Part shown: positions 11,279 to 23,445 of the stretch, in pieces
How positions within the stretch are numbered: the stretch's first letter is position 1
How the letters are laid out: every line of letters begins with the position of its first letter
NCBI GenBank assembly: GCA_964016885.1
Contig: OZ024743.1
Location: 63,736,001-63,800,000 of the forward strand
Direction of reading: 5' to 3'
Length of the DNA stretch: 64,000 bases
Source: Eledone cirrhosa
Lineage: Eukaryota
The notes under the pieces: model-generated
Seen by the model: only the letters and a program-made list of their open reading frames with translations
Databases searched by the model: none
Told to the model about the DNA's origin: nothing
Translations under genes and position numbers: made by a program

Positions 11279-12345
11279 TACACTCTATATATCTATGTAA
11301 CTATCTCTCTATCAATCTATCTAGCTATCTATGCATTAGTCTATTTATCTATCTCCCTCTATCTATCTAGCTAGGTAGTTATCTACCTATCTATATCTAT
11401 TTACTTGCCTAGCTCTTTATATATCTAATACTAATCCAGGAAAAAAGTCGACTACAAGCATCTTTTAAGTTAGAGAGGATAGGCATTACATTTTAAAGAT
11501 TTTAATTTAGAGGGAATCACACTATACCATACAATACAATGACTCAGTAAGCCACACTAACCTACACTACACCAAACCAGATTATAACACACTCCGGTAA
11601 ATTTATAGAACTCCATGATTTCTGTTTGAAATTTTTTTTTTCTTTATTTTTTTTTGTCCTATGACACAAGATGCTCGCAATTGATTATTTTTTTCACATA
11701 TCAATTAATATGACTTTGAAACCTGTCGTAGCTTTGTCGAGAAAAGAGGGTGGAAAATGGACAGAAAGACCATTTACAAAGCTAGTCGTTTTTTGTTGCA
11801 GTGGAAGTCATATTTGTTGTTAATATGTTAAAGCATGTCAACTCCGAGCATGTTGGAGGTTGGATTAGTTGATAGCACATAGAAAAATGGAGGAAAACAT
11901 TTTTATCCAACTTAAATCAAAGTAGAAATAAAAGTCCTTATGTTAGAGAGAAAGACATAAAGCACTCCACACTAAACACACTGCTCCACACCAAACTATA
12001 GTAATGTTATTGAAAAACAACTCCTGGATCTCAATGTGAAAAACTTTTCTCCTGCTTTTTTTGTGTGTGTGTGCTTACCACCCAATCTGACCACCAAGGT
12101 GCTCACATAGGACTATTTTTTGCACCTATTATCAATGTTTATGACATGGAAACCTGTCGAAAATGACTAGCTTTGTAGAAAAAAGAGGGAGGAAAGTGCA
12201 CGGAAAGACCATCCACAAAGCTAGTCGTTTTTTATTGGAACGGAATTCATATTTGTTGATGACATGCGAAACAAATATTCGATTGTGAGCATCTTGAAGT
12301 TCAGATTAGTTGATAGCACAAAAAAAAACAAAGGAAAACAAATTT
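9355..12345. repeat. Cluster of diverged ~280-bp fold-back (MITE-like) units
   Basis: Fuller units at ~10255-10520, 10915-11190, 11635-11900, 12055-12340 and partials at ~9355-9620, 9975-10170, 10695-10800; each has internal inverted arms aatatgact..aaaatgactagctttgt / acaaagctagtcatttt..agtcatatt. Confidence 0.7.
9690..9975. repeat. Degenerate telomere-like (CCCTAA/CTAAA) tract
   Basis: Repeated aaactaaaccctaaa and accccaaccctaaa motifs. Confidence 0.7.
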
Positions 12346-12380
12346 CCTGGATTAAACTGCTCTACCTATCTATCTAGCTA

Positions 12381-12382
<2 letters not shown>

Positions 12383-12463
<81 letters not shown>
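12383..12463. repeat. (TA)n(CA)n microsatellite
   Basis: Read directly. Confidence 0.95.
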
Positions 12464-12464
<1 letters not shown>

Positions 12465-13449
12465 TCTAACTTCCTATATATATCTATGTATCTCTCTATC
12501 AATCTATTTATGCATCAGTCTATTTATCTATCTTCCTCTGTCTAGCTATCTATCTAACTACCTACATACCTAGCAAGCTAAGTATCCTTCTATCTGCCTT
12601 ACTATTTGTTTGTCTCTATATCGATCTCTCTGTCTACTTACCTACCTTGATAACTATCTATCTTTCTAACTTCATATCTATCTCCCTACCTATTTATCTA
12701 CCTACTTACCTGTCTGTCAAGTCATACGTACATCTATTAATCTTGCTATATATATTTCTACCAATCCACCTTTCTAGAAAGCTGTCTGTCTATCTATATA
12801 AATCTCTCTATATATATTTAATATAGAAAAAGCTTCTACATGACTAGAACTGTTTCATTCGGGAGAAATCATCAGGAAACCGACTGTCCAAGTAATATGG
12901 TGGTATTTATATCTTTTCTGGTGGTAGGAGAGGGTGGTGATTAGGATGGGTGGAGGTCATTGGTTGATGGGTGTGGGGCTGCCGTGAGATAGTGGGTGTG
13001 TAGAGCTGCTGTGGGGGAGGGATTGCTGGAAGTTGGGGGATGCCTGACCGGAAGCAGGAGGACGGGGGCAACATGAGGGACCAAGCAATGGGCAGCGGTC
13101 ACTTGGCTGTTGGCACTGTAAGGAGACAGATCGTGTGAAGATAGACGCTTGTGGAAGTACCCCACGTGGACGGTGGAGCAAGTGATAGAAAGACGCCTAT
13201 AATGGGTTTGAAGAAAAGGGAATTATTTAAAAACTATATTTAGAGTAACAAAGGCAGAAAGAATTCTATAGACAAATTCACCCTGGCTACGGTCAGGTGT
13301 CTACAAACGCTCACATATGCGCACATATAAGCCCTCACTCCCACACACTCTTATACTTATATATATATACATGAAGACATACATATAAATACACACACAA
13401 TACATGTATATACATACACACACACACATATATATACATATATATGAGT

Positions 13450-15513
13450 TGCAACAGCCAAACTGGCTTGAGTTCTACGACTCTGGAGATGTCAACATTG
13501 TACTCCAGAATATTCTGAGCTCAATATGGACAGCATGTGCAGAATCGGTGCCACGTAAGCGGTAAAAACATCCCAAAAGCGCAATTTGGGAGACTGCAGC
13601 AGTCCGTCTTGCCAGAAAAGAACGGCGCAATGCTGAACGTGAGTACAAACTTCACAAATTAGATATTAATAGGAAGAGGCGAAATAGATCGTCCAACCAC
13701 CTCAAACAGGTGACAAAAAAGGCAGTGCTTCAATTTGCAACCAGCCCTGACAGTAAGGTGTTCTGGAAGTATGTTCACTCAAAGCAGAGGCTTCACTCTC
13801 CAGTTGGTCCTCTTCGCAATCCCCACACAAACCAGGTTACTGACAACCCCAAGGAATGCGCAGAGCTCATTGCTGAATGCTATGCAGGCATTTTCACTAT
13901 TGAAGACCAGAGTGTACCATCTCCACCAGCTATGACACCGGACTCTATTACAACCATGGAATTTACATCTGCAATGCTGCGACGTCGCGTAAAAAATAAA
14001 CGCAACCATGCCTCTCCTGGTCTTGATGGTGTTACGTACCTGCTTCTTAAACGTAGTGGGTACTTCCTTCTGCACCAGTTATCACGCTTCTTCCAATTCT
14101 GTCTGAACAACAGTGCTACTCCAGAACAGTGGAAAACAGCCAGTGTCATTCCTCTGTTCAAAAAGGGTGACCACACATCACCTATGAACTATCGTCCAGT
14201 CAGTCTTACTAGTTGCATCACCAAACTGATGGAATCCTGTGTCAGAGAAACACTTTGGAACTTCTGAGGCTCTCACAGTCTTATCCGGCCTTCGCAATTT
14301 GGATTTATCCCCAACTCCAGCTGCTGTGATCAACTTATAGAGTTTCATCACCCGGATCACTGATGGCGGCTCATGGGTGGATGTCGTTTACCTTGACTTT
14401 GCGAAAGCCTTCAATTCTGTGCCGCACAAAAGGCTTATGGCAAAACTCTCTGCAATGGGTGTGAAGGATGATCTTTTTAACTGGTTGAAGTCCTTCATTC
14501 TCAGTCGAAGAGAGGTAGTCACGGTTCTGGGACAGCATTCCTCAACATATGAGATGTCATCTGGTGTACCACAGGGATCTGTTCTTGGCCCCCTTTTGTT
14601 TGTGGCATATATTAATGACATAGATGCCAACTTAAAGAATGCCACAGTACTAAAGTACGCAGATGACATCAAGCTGTACCTTGAGATAAAAAGGACAGAT
14701 CCTGACACTATAGATCTTGCTTGCAGTCTGACCTGGACACCATGCAACAATGGATCTCAGACTGGCAACTCAAGCTAGCTGTGGACAAGTGCACCACCAT
14801 GCATTTTGGGAGTAAAAACCGAGTGTCCACATACTCCCCCCACAACACTAATATCAAGAAGTCTTCTTACGAACGTGGCCTGGGCATCACTCAACAAGAC
14901 CTTTATCAGCCGCTCTCCAGCTATCTATTAAAAGCTGTGTATATCTATAGTGCGGCCACACTTAGAATTTGCATCACCAGTCTGGAACCCCTATCTTGCT
15001 CAGAACATTGACCGCCTGGAAACTGTTCAGAGACGTGGAACCAAGCGAATACCCTCCATCAGGCATCTACCATACTCTGAGCGCCTTGCTTCCCTGGGCT
15101 TGGATACATTGAAGCTCCGACTCCTGGCAACTGACTTGGTAAACACCCACAAAATTTTTAACCATGTTGCCAACAACAACCCTGAGTACCTTTTTGATTT
15201 CCATGTGTCTAACACACGTGGACATGCCCACAAAGTAAGAAAACAGCACAGTTCCCATGACTTTCGGAAACATTTTTTCACGCTCAGAGTTGCTGAAGCA
15301 TGGAACAAACTACCTGCATCAGTTGTTAGCTGTCGAGACACTGCATCCTTTAAGGCCTCCATGCTTCCCGAGATCCGCCAACACTACAGCTAATACATAC
15401 ACACATGTACTTCCCTGACATTTGTGTATTATTCTATGTACTATACATACACCTTTGACGAGTTGTAGTGCACCTGAGCATTTTACACAATAATTTCATT
15501 ATTATTATTATTA
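13450..15513 (+). mobile_element. CR1-clade LINE, 5'-truncated and decayed, (ATT)n tail
   Basis: NYRPVSLTS, DVVYLDFAKAF, SGVPQGSVLGPLLF, YADDIKLY, RPHLEFASPVWNP, NTRGH; ends tcattattattatt. Confidence 0.92.
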
Positions 15514-15561
15514 TATTAACATACAAACATACATATATACATAAATATATAGACATATATA

Positions 15562-15895
15562 CATCATCATCATTTTACGTCCGCTTTTCCCTGCTTGCAA
15601 GGATGGGACGGGAACTGATTCTGGCTTGATTTCTACAGCTGGATGCCCTTCCTAACACCAACCTCATTTACAGTGAGTGCTGGGTGCTTTTTTGCCGTGG
15701 CACCTCCACGACCACTTTGCAGTGGAATGATAAGGACCCCAGTCCCTATCATCTCATTTCTACAGCTGAGTAAACTGGAGCAATGTGAAATAAAGTGTCT
15801 TGCTCAAGGAAACAACACATCACCCGGTCCGAGAATTGAACTCACAACCTTTCGATTGCAAGGCCAATGCTCTAACCACTAAGCCATGTGCCTCC
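15562..15895 (-). mobile_element. tRNA-derived CORE-type SINE with RTE-derived tail
   Basis: Minus strand head with A box TGGCTTAGTGG and B box GAGTTCAATTC; central ccttgagcaagacacttt...cagtttactcagctgtagaaatgag resembles the MIR CORE; tail ggtgttaggaagggcatccagc...(GAT)n is shared with local RTEs. Confidence 0.85.
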
Positions 15896-16168
15896 ATACA
15901 TATGCACATATATATATACGTGCAAATACACATACATATATATATATATATATGAACCAGATCAATAATGATATATAGTCATTTGATCCAGAAATATATG
16001 GAGTAGCGAAACAATTGTAAACAGACATTTTTATTATTAATATTATTATTATTATTATTCTCTACATTCCTTACATCAAACTAAAATATGTTGAGAATCT
16101 TTTAATAATGTCTTCCTTGTGAAATTTGTGGTCTTGTTTTGCTTAACTAATGAATATATATATATTCA

Positions 16169-16206
<38 letters not shown>

Positions 16207-18360
16207 TACTGCTCTAACAAATGCCAATGACTTCCTAATCATCACAGGAGATTTTAACGGACATGTAGGTAAACACTGTGACGGCTTCAATAGAGTCCAT
16301 GGAGGCCACGGGGTTGGCACAAGAAATAAAGAAGGATTCAGACTTCTAGAATTCTGCGACGCCAATGACATGTCGATATGGAACACAAACTTCAAAAAAC
16401 CACCTGATCACCTATAGATCAAGGGAGCATTCTAGTCAGATAGATTTTATCCTCATCAGAGGACGTGACAGATGGACGGTCGTAAACACAAAAGCCTACC
16501 CTAGTGAGGAATGTACCTCCCAACATAGCTTAGTTGTCAGTGACCTCACGGTCAGAACTAGATGAACCCGGAAACAGAGGCCAACCTGGAGAAGAAAGAT
16601 CTGGAAGCTGAAAGACCCCTCAGCCAGTAACAGATTTAAAGATATTTTACTCAACGCCTACGACAGTAAACAAGAACAGATAGACATTCAATGTAGAAGA
16701 GCACTGGGAGTTCCTAAAAAATAACTTACAATAGGCGACGGATGAGATCTGTGGCTGGAGTAAGACCACAAGTAGGAGGAGAGTGACTTGGTGGTGGAAC
16801 AATAAGGTAGATGAGGCAGTTAAGGCCAAGAGACAGGCATGGAAAGAATGGAAGATCGGGGGAACAGGGTACATAGAGACCAAGAGGGAAGCTAGGCGAC
16901 AAGTATACTTAGCTAGGAGGGAAGCAGAGGATAGAAAATTCAAACATGTTTTGCAACGTGAGGACCAGAAACAGGAGGTGTTTAAGATTGCGAGGCAGTG
17001 TGTCAGAGAGAATTGTGATGTCATTGGAGAGAAGTGTATCCGGAATGATAAAGGTGAGCTTGCCCTCACAAGTGCTGAAAAGAAAGATGCATGGAAGAGC
17101 CATTATGATAGATTACTAAATGAGGAGAATGCATGGGAAGAAGAGACCCTACCCCAAGTAGACCCTATAGAGGGGCCAGCAGTACAAGTCAGCAGCAGCG
17201 TAGTAAGGCAATCAAAGATATGAAGATTTGGAAGGCATCCGGTCCATCAGGTATAGCTGCCTAGATGCTGAAGGCATCTGGGTCTGTAGGTCACACTATA
17301 ACCACACGTATTGTTAACCAGGTAATACTAGGTGTCATACCAAAAGATTGGTGCAGTAGCATCATTGTCAACTGCTACAAAGGTAAAGGTGATGCACTAG
17401 ATAGAGGAAACTATAGAGGTATAAAGCTGATAGACCAGGTCATGAAAGTAACAGAAAGAGTTATAACACAGTTAATTAGGGACCGGGTGAAACTAGATGA
17501 GATGCAATTTGGGTTTGTACCAGGAAGAGGAACCACTGATGCCCTCTTCCTTGTGAGGCAGTTACAGGAAAAGTACCTAGCTAAAAGTAAGCCAATCTAC
17601 CTGGCATTCATGGATCTCGAGAAAGCCTTTGACAGAGTTCCACGTGCTGTAATCTGGTGGGCTCTTAGAAAACTAGGAGTAGATGAATGGCTTGTGAAAG
17701 CTGTACAAGCCATATATAGGGGAGCAGTCAGCAAAGTTAGCATTAGCAATGAGTATAATGAGGAATTTAGTGTACAGGTTGGTGTCCACCAGGGCTCTGT
17801 TCTTAGCCCTCTCCTGTTCATCATAGTCCTGCAGGCAATAACGGAGGAGTTTAAGACCGGATGCCTATGGGAACTCCTGTATGCTGATGACCTCGCTCTT
17901 ATAGCTGAATCTATGGTAGAACTAGAGAAGAAATTCCAAACTTGGAAGCAGTGACTAGAAAGAAAGGATCTCAAAGTCAACATGACAAAGACTAAGGTCC
18001 TTGTAAGTAGATGAGAAAACAGAACCCAGATCCCCTCAGGGAAATGGCCTTGCTCAGTATGTAAGAAAGGTGTAGGTAGGAACTCCATTCTCTGCCCCAA
18101 ATGCAAACAATGGGTACACAAGAGATGCAGCAGGATCTCAGGAAGCTTAATTAAGAATGTAGGCTTCACATGCAGCAGCTGTGCTGGGACGGCAAGCAGC
18201 AAACAGCCACAGGAAACAAGTACCACCAATCTCTGGGAGGGCTCTGTAGAAACAGTAGACAGCTTCTGCTCCCTAGGTGACTGAATTAGCAGCGGAGGTG
18301 GGTGTTCAGAAAGTACAATAACTAGGGTAAGAACGGGATGGAAGAAGTTCAGGGAACTAC
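16207..18360 (+). mobile_element. RTE-clade LINE (APE endonuclease end, RT, PHD-like Cys cluster), decayed
   Basis: ITGDFNGHVG, SQIDFILIR, QFGFVPGRGTTDALF, DLEKAFDRV, GVHQGSVLSPLLF, LLYADDL. Confidence 0.92.
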
Positions 18361-21300
18361 GGGACCCCCCCCCCCAAAAAAAAGGACCCCCTCCCCAATA
18401 AAAAACGGATCCCCCAACTAAAACGGACCCCACCCCAAATAAAAAACCGATCCCTCCCAAATAAAAAGCTGATCCTTCCAATGAAAAAACGGACCCCCAG
18501 CCCAATAAAAACGGATGCCTCCAATAAAAAAAACGAAACCCCCAATAAAAAAAACTGATTCCTCAATAAAAAACGGACCCGCCAAATAAAAAAACGCCCC
18601 TTCCCAAATAAAAACGGATCCCTCCAATAAAAAAAACGGAACACGCCCCAATAGAAAACCCGCCCCCCCCCCAATAAAAACGGATTCCCCCAAATAAAAA
18701 TCGGATCCACCCCCTATAAAAAAATGGACACCCCAAATAAAAAGTGGACCCCCCCCCCCCCAATTAAAAACCGGATCCCCCAATAAAAAGCGGATCCCAC
18801 AAATAAAAAACTGATCCCTCAATAAAAAGGGATCCCCCCAAATAAAAAACGGATCCCCCCCCAAAAAAAACTGATCCCTCTCAATAAAAAACGGATCCCC
18901 CAAATAAAAAAAACGGACCGACTCCTAACACAACGGATTCCCCCAAATAAAATCGAATCCCCAAAATAAAATACGGATCACCCCAAATAAAAAGTGGATT
19001 CCCCCAAATAAAAAATGGATCCCCAAATAAAAAAAACGGATCCCATAAATAAAAAAAACGGAACCCCCCAACAAAAAACGGATCCCCCAAATAAAATCGA
19101 ATCCCTTAAATAAAATACGGACTCTGCCCCAAATAAAAACGGATCCCCCAACTAAAACGGACCCCCACCCCAAATAAAAAAACGGATCCCTCCAATAAAA
19201 AAACGGTCCCCTACCCAATAAAAAAAAACGGTCCCCTACCCAATAAAAAACGGATCCCCCTCCAAATAAAAAACGGCAACTCAAATAAAAAGTGGATCCC
19301 CCCCCCCCCAATAAAAAATAGATCGCACAAATAAAAAACGGACCTCCCGCCCGAATAAAACCGATCCCCCAAATAAAAAAAAACAGGCACCCCCACTAAA
19401 ACGGACCCCACCCCCAAATGAAAAACGGATCGCCCAAATATAAAACGGACCCCCCCCTCCCAAATAAAATGCGGATCCTTCCAATAAAAAATGGACCTCC
19501 CCCCCGCCAATAAAAAACTGATCCCTCTCAAAGAACGGGTCTGCCAAATAAAAAACGCCCCCCCCCCCCCGAACTAATAAAAAACGGACCCCTTCCCAAA
19601 TAAAAAACAGATCCCTCCAATAAAAAAAACGGACTACCCCCAATAAAAAAACCGGACACCCCCAATAAAAACGGACCCCCCCCCAATAAAAAACGGACAC
19701 CCCAAATAAAAAGTGGATTCCCCCCAAATAAAAGACGGAGCCCTAAATAAAAAACGACCCCCAAATAAAGAACCGAATCCCCCAATAAAAAAATGGATGC
19801 CACAAATAAAAAAACGGTCCCCCCAAATAAAAAAACGACCCTCACCCCCAATAATAAATGGATACCACAAATAAAAAAAAGGGACTTCGCCCCCATAAAA
19901 ACGAACCTCCTCCCAAATAAAAAGCCGATCCCTCCAATAAAAAAACGGACCCACCCTAATAAAAAAAACTGACCCCACCCCAATAAAAACTGATCCACAA
20001 ATAAAAAACGGATCCCCCAAATACAAAAACCGACCCCACCCCAAATAAAAAAAACGGATCCCCCAAATATAAAACGGACCCACCCCATAAACAACGGATC
20101 GCCCCCATAAAAAGCGGATCCTCCCCAATAAAAAAACTACACCACCCCGCCCACATAATAAAAACGGATCCCCCAAATAAAAAAAAACGGCTCCTCCCCC
20201 AAATAAAAAGTGGATCCCTCCCCCAAATTAAAAATGGATCCTCCAAATAAAAAAAACTGACCCCTCTCAATAAAAAACGGATCCACCAAATAAAAAAACG
20301 CCTCCCCCCACATAAAAGACAGATTCTCCCAAATAAAATCAGATCCCCCACTCCCATATAAAGGATCCCCCAAATAAAAAACGGACACTCCAATAAGCAA
20401 CGGATCCGCCCAATAAAAAAACGGATCCCTTTCCAAATAACTCCCCCCCCCCCTCCACAATAAAAAATGGATCGTACAAATAAGATACGGACTCCCCCCG
20501 AATGAAACTGGATGCCCCCAAATAAAAAAAACTGACCCCACTCAATAAAAAACGGATCCCACTCCCAAATAAAAAAACCGGTCCCTCAAAATATAAAACG
20601 GACCCCTTCCAAAATAAAAAGCGGACCCCCCCCCCCCCCAAATAAAAAAACGGATCCCCCCAAAGAAAAAACGCCTCCCCCATAAAAAACAGACCCCGAA
20701 ATAAAAAACATACCCCCCAAAAAATAAACGGACCCCCCCCCCAATAAAAAACGGACACCCCCGAACAAAACCAGATCGCCCCAAATAAACCCCCCCTCCC
20801 AATAAAAAATGGATCCTACAAATAAAGAAGCGGATCCTCTAAATAAAAAAAAACGCCCTCCCCCAATAAAAAACGGACCCCCCGCCCCAATAAAAAAAAC
20901 CGACCCCGAAATAAAAAGCGGATCCCCGAATAAAAAACAGACCCCCAAATAAAAAACGGATCCCTCAAATAATAAACGTTCCGCCTCCACTCCCCCACTC
21001 CAATAAAACACGGACACCTCCCCAATAAAAAACGAATCCCCCAAAATAAAAAACCGACACCCCCAAATAAATAAAAAATGATCCCTCTCAATAAAAAACG
21101 GACCCCCCCCCCCCAAATAAAAGAAACCGAACCCCGAATAAAAAACGGACCCTCCACCCAATAAAAAATTGATTCCCCTAAATAAAATCGTATCCCTCTC
21201 TAACGGACCCCCTCCAATGAAAACGGACCCCCCCCCAAATAAAAACGGACCTCCCGCCCCCGGCCCGAATAAAACTGGATCGCTCCAAATAAAAAACTGC

Positions 21301-21390
21301 CCGCCACCCCCACCCCCTCCAATAAAAAATGGATCCTACAAATAAAATAACCCCCCCCCACCTCAAATAACCCCCCCCCCCTAATAAAAA
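18361..21390. repeat. ~3 kb diverged ~20-bp minisatellite, consensus near CCCCCAAATAAAAAACGGAT
   Basis: Continuous C-run / AATAAAAA / CGGA(T/C) units; explains the G/F-rich minus-strand ORFs. Confidence 0.92.
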
Positions 21391-21410
21391 CTGCGGATTA
21401 TCTTACACCT

Positions 21411-22399
21411 ATAGCTGAATCTATAGCGGAACTAGAAAAGGAATTCCAAACATGGAAGCAGGGACTAGAAAGAAGGAGTCTCAAGGTCAACCTGACAAAG
21501 ATTAAGGTCTTTGTAAGTAGACGAGAAAACAACCCAGAAATGGGCTTACTCAGTATGTAGGAAATGTGTAGGTAGGAATGCCATCCTCTGCCCCAAATGC
21601 GAACTATGGGAACACAAGAGATGTAGTGGGATCTCAGGAAGCTTAGTTAAGAATGTAGGCTTTACATGTAGCAGCTGCACCTGAACAGTAAGCAGCAAAC
21701 GGCCACAGGAAACAAGCACTAACAAACTCTGGGAGGGCTCTGTAGCAACAGTAGACAGCTTCTGGTACTTGAGTGACCAAATTAGCAGCGGAGGTGGGTG
21801 TTCTGAAAGTACAGTAAGCAGAAACGAATTGAGAGAGAGACTGAGCATAAGAGGAATCAAATGCTGTGTGCAGGAGAGGAGGATGCGTTGGTATGGACAT
21901 GTGATGCGTATGAAGGATGACAGCTGCATAAAAAGGTGCAGAGCACTAGAAGTCGATGGAAACCGTGGAGTGGGGAGACCCAAGAAGACCTGGGATGAGG
22001 TGATAAAAGCCGACCTTACCCAATTGCACCTCTCAAGGCAATGACACACAACCGTGACCTCTGGCGTTACGCAGTAATACAGAAGACCCGACTTCCCACA
22101 GGTACAAGCTGAAGCTGAAGCATATAGACAATATGACTCCATCCCCTCCCACTGCAAAGTGGTCATGGAGGTGTCATGACAAAAAAGCACCCAGCCCACA
22201 CTGTCAAGTGGACGTGTACCCAACACTCACTGTAAATGAGGTTGGTGTTAGGAAGGGCATCCATCTGTAGAAATAAAGCCAGAATCAGTTCCCGTATGAG
22301 CAAGACAAGGTCCCCCAGACCTAACATTGCCCACAACAGGACAATCCATCTAACCCATGCTAGTGTGGAAGAACGGATATAAAACGGTGATGATGATGA
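21411..22399 (+). mobile_element. RTE-clade LINE 3' portion with internal deletion and (GAT)n tail
   Basis: Restarts at atagctgaatctat (equivalent to 17901); RRMRWYGHVMRM..GRPKKTW; tail ggtgatgatgatgat. Confidence 0.9.
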
Positions 22400-22459
22400 T
22401 ATACCTAATTTTTAGAGACGTGTGCTTAACAGTCAACACAGAGAAAAGGGAGAGAAAAA

Positions 22460-23350
22460 AGAGATCCTATTGGATGTATTTGATCTAAATCCTTTACTTT
22501 TGCACTCTGACCTGGGTTTAGCTGGCCATATGAGATCGTATGTGAAGTGTACAGCCTAAAACTGGTTCCTTCATATTCTATCCTCGCATTAATAATGGTT
22601 AAGCTGGCTGTAGAACATATGCGAGCCTTTGCTTTCGCCATCTAGTCAGGCATTGAGCACTATTCAGCTGGCCATATGTGATCTCATGGGAAGTATAGGC
22701 CTAATCTGCCGTTGATGAAGGTTTAGCTAGCTGTAGGAAATGCTATGGGAAGTACACACCTTAAAACGCCTTCTTTTACCCTCTAATATGTCATTGACAA
22801 GGGTTGAGCTGACGGTATGAGATCCTATCGCACGAATATGACCTAGAGCTGTTTTTTTCACACTCTAATATGGGTTCAGCTGGCCATATGAGATCCTATA
22901 GGAAGTATATGGCCTAAAACTGCTCCTTTCACTTTCTATCCTGTCATTGACAAGGGTTTGGCTCATGGAAGGAGATCTTATGGGACATAAAGGACCTAAA
23001 GCCATTACTTTCGCCCTCTAATCAGGCACTTACCAGGGTTTAGCTGGCTATATTAGATTCTATGCGATATATATATGCTTAAATCTACTTCTTTCGCTTT
23101 CTGACGGGGGCTTAGCTGTCCGTAGGGGATCCTATGGAACTTATACGATATAAAGCCATTACTTTCGCACGCTGACCTGGGATGAACTGGCCACAGGAGA
23201 TTCTATGGGAAGTATACGGCCTGAAACTGCTTCTTTCACTCTCTAGCCTCACATTGACAAGGATTTAAAAGATCCTATTGGAAGTATATGCTTTAAAACT
23301 GCATTTTTACCTTCTAAGCAGGCACTTACCAGAGTTAATCTGGCTGTAGA
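22460..23350. repeat. Old diverged tandem repeat, ~60-82-bp units, about 12 copies
   Basis: Recurrent gggtttagctggccatatgagatcctatgggaagtata..cctaaaact motif at ~22517, 22599, 22662, 22722, 22804, 22875, 22957, 23039, 23111, 23183. Confidence 0.8.
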
Positions 23351-23409
23351 TCTTCGCGCGAGCAAAATCGTGTGCACAAACTCGTGTGTTTGAGAGTGGA
23401 AAAAGAGCG

Positions 23410-23445
23410 TCTTAACGTTTCGGACGCTAGTCCTTAATCAGAAAA
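23410..23445 (-). ncRNA. Degenerate minimal type I hammerhead motif (Penelope-type)
   Basis: Minus strand TTTT-CTGATTA-A-GGAC tagc GTCC-GAAA-CGTT-AAGA; palindromic AACGTT; core G8U. Confidence 0.55.

Noticed and set aside
12840-12882. CTGATGA...GAAAC on the minus strand
   Set aside because: Stem II has only 3 bp and no stem I can be formed; possibly a decayed Penelope terminus, but unsupported.
15820-15895. tRNA gene
   Set aside because: A and B boxes are present, but it continues into a CORE-like region and LINE tail; it is a SINE head.
18357-21366. Many Gly/Phe-rich minus-strand ORFs
   Set aside because: These are translations of a G/T-rich minisatellite in all frames with no consistent frame.
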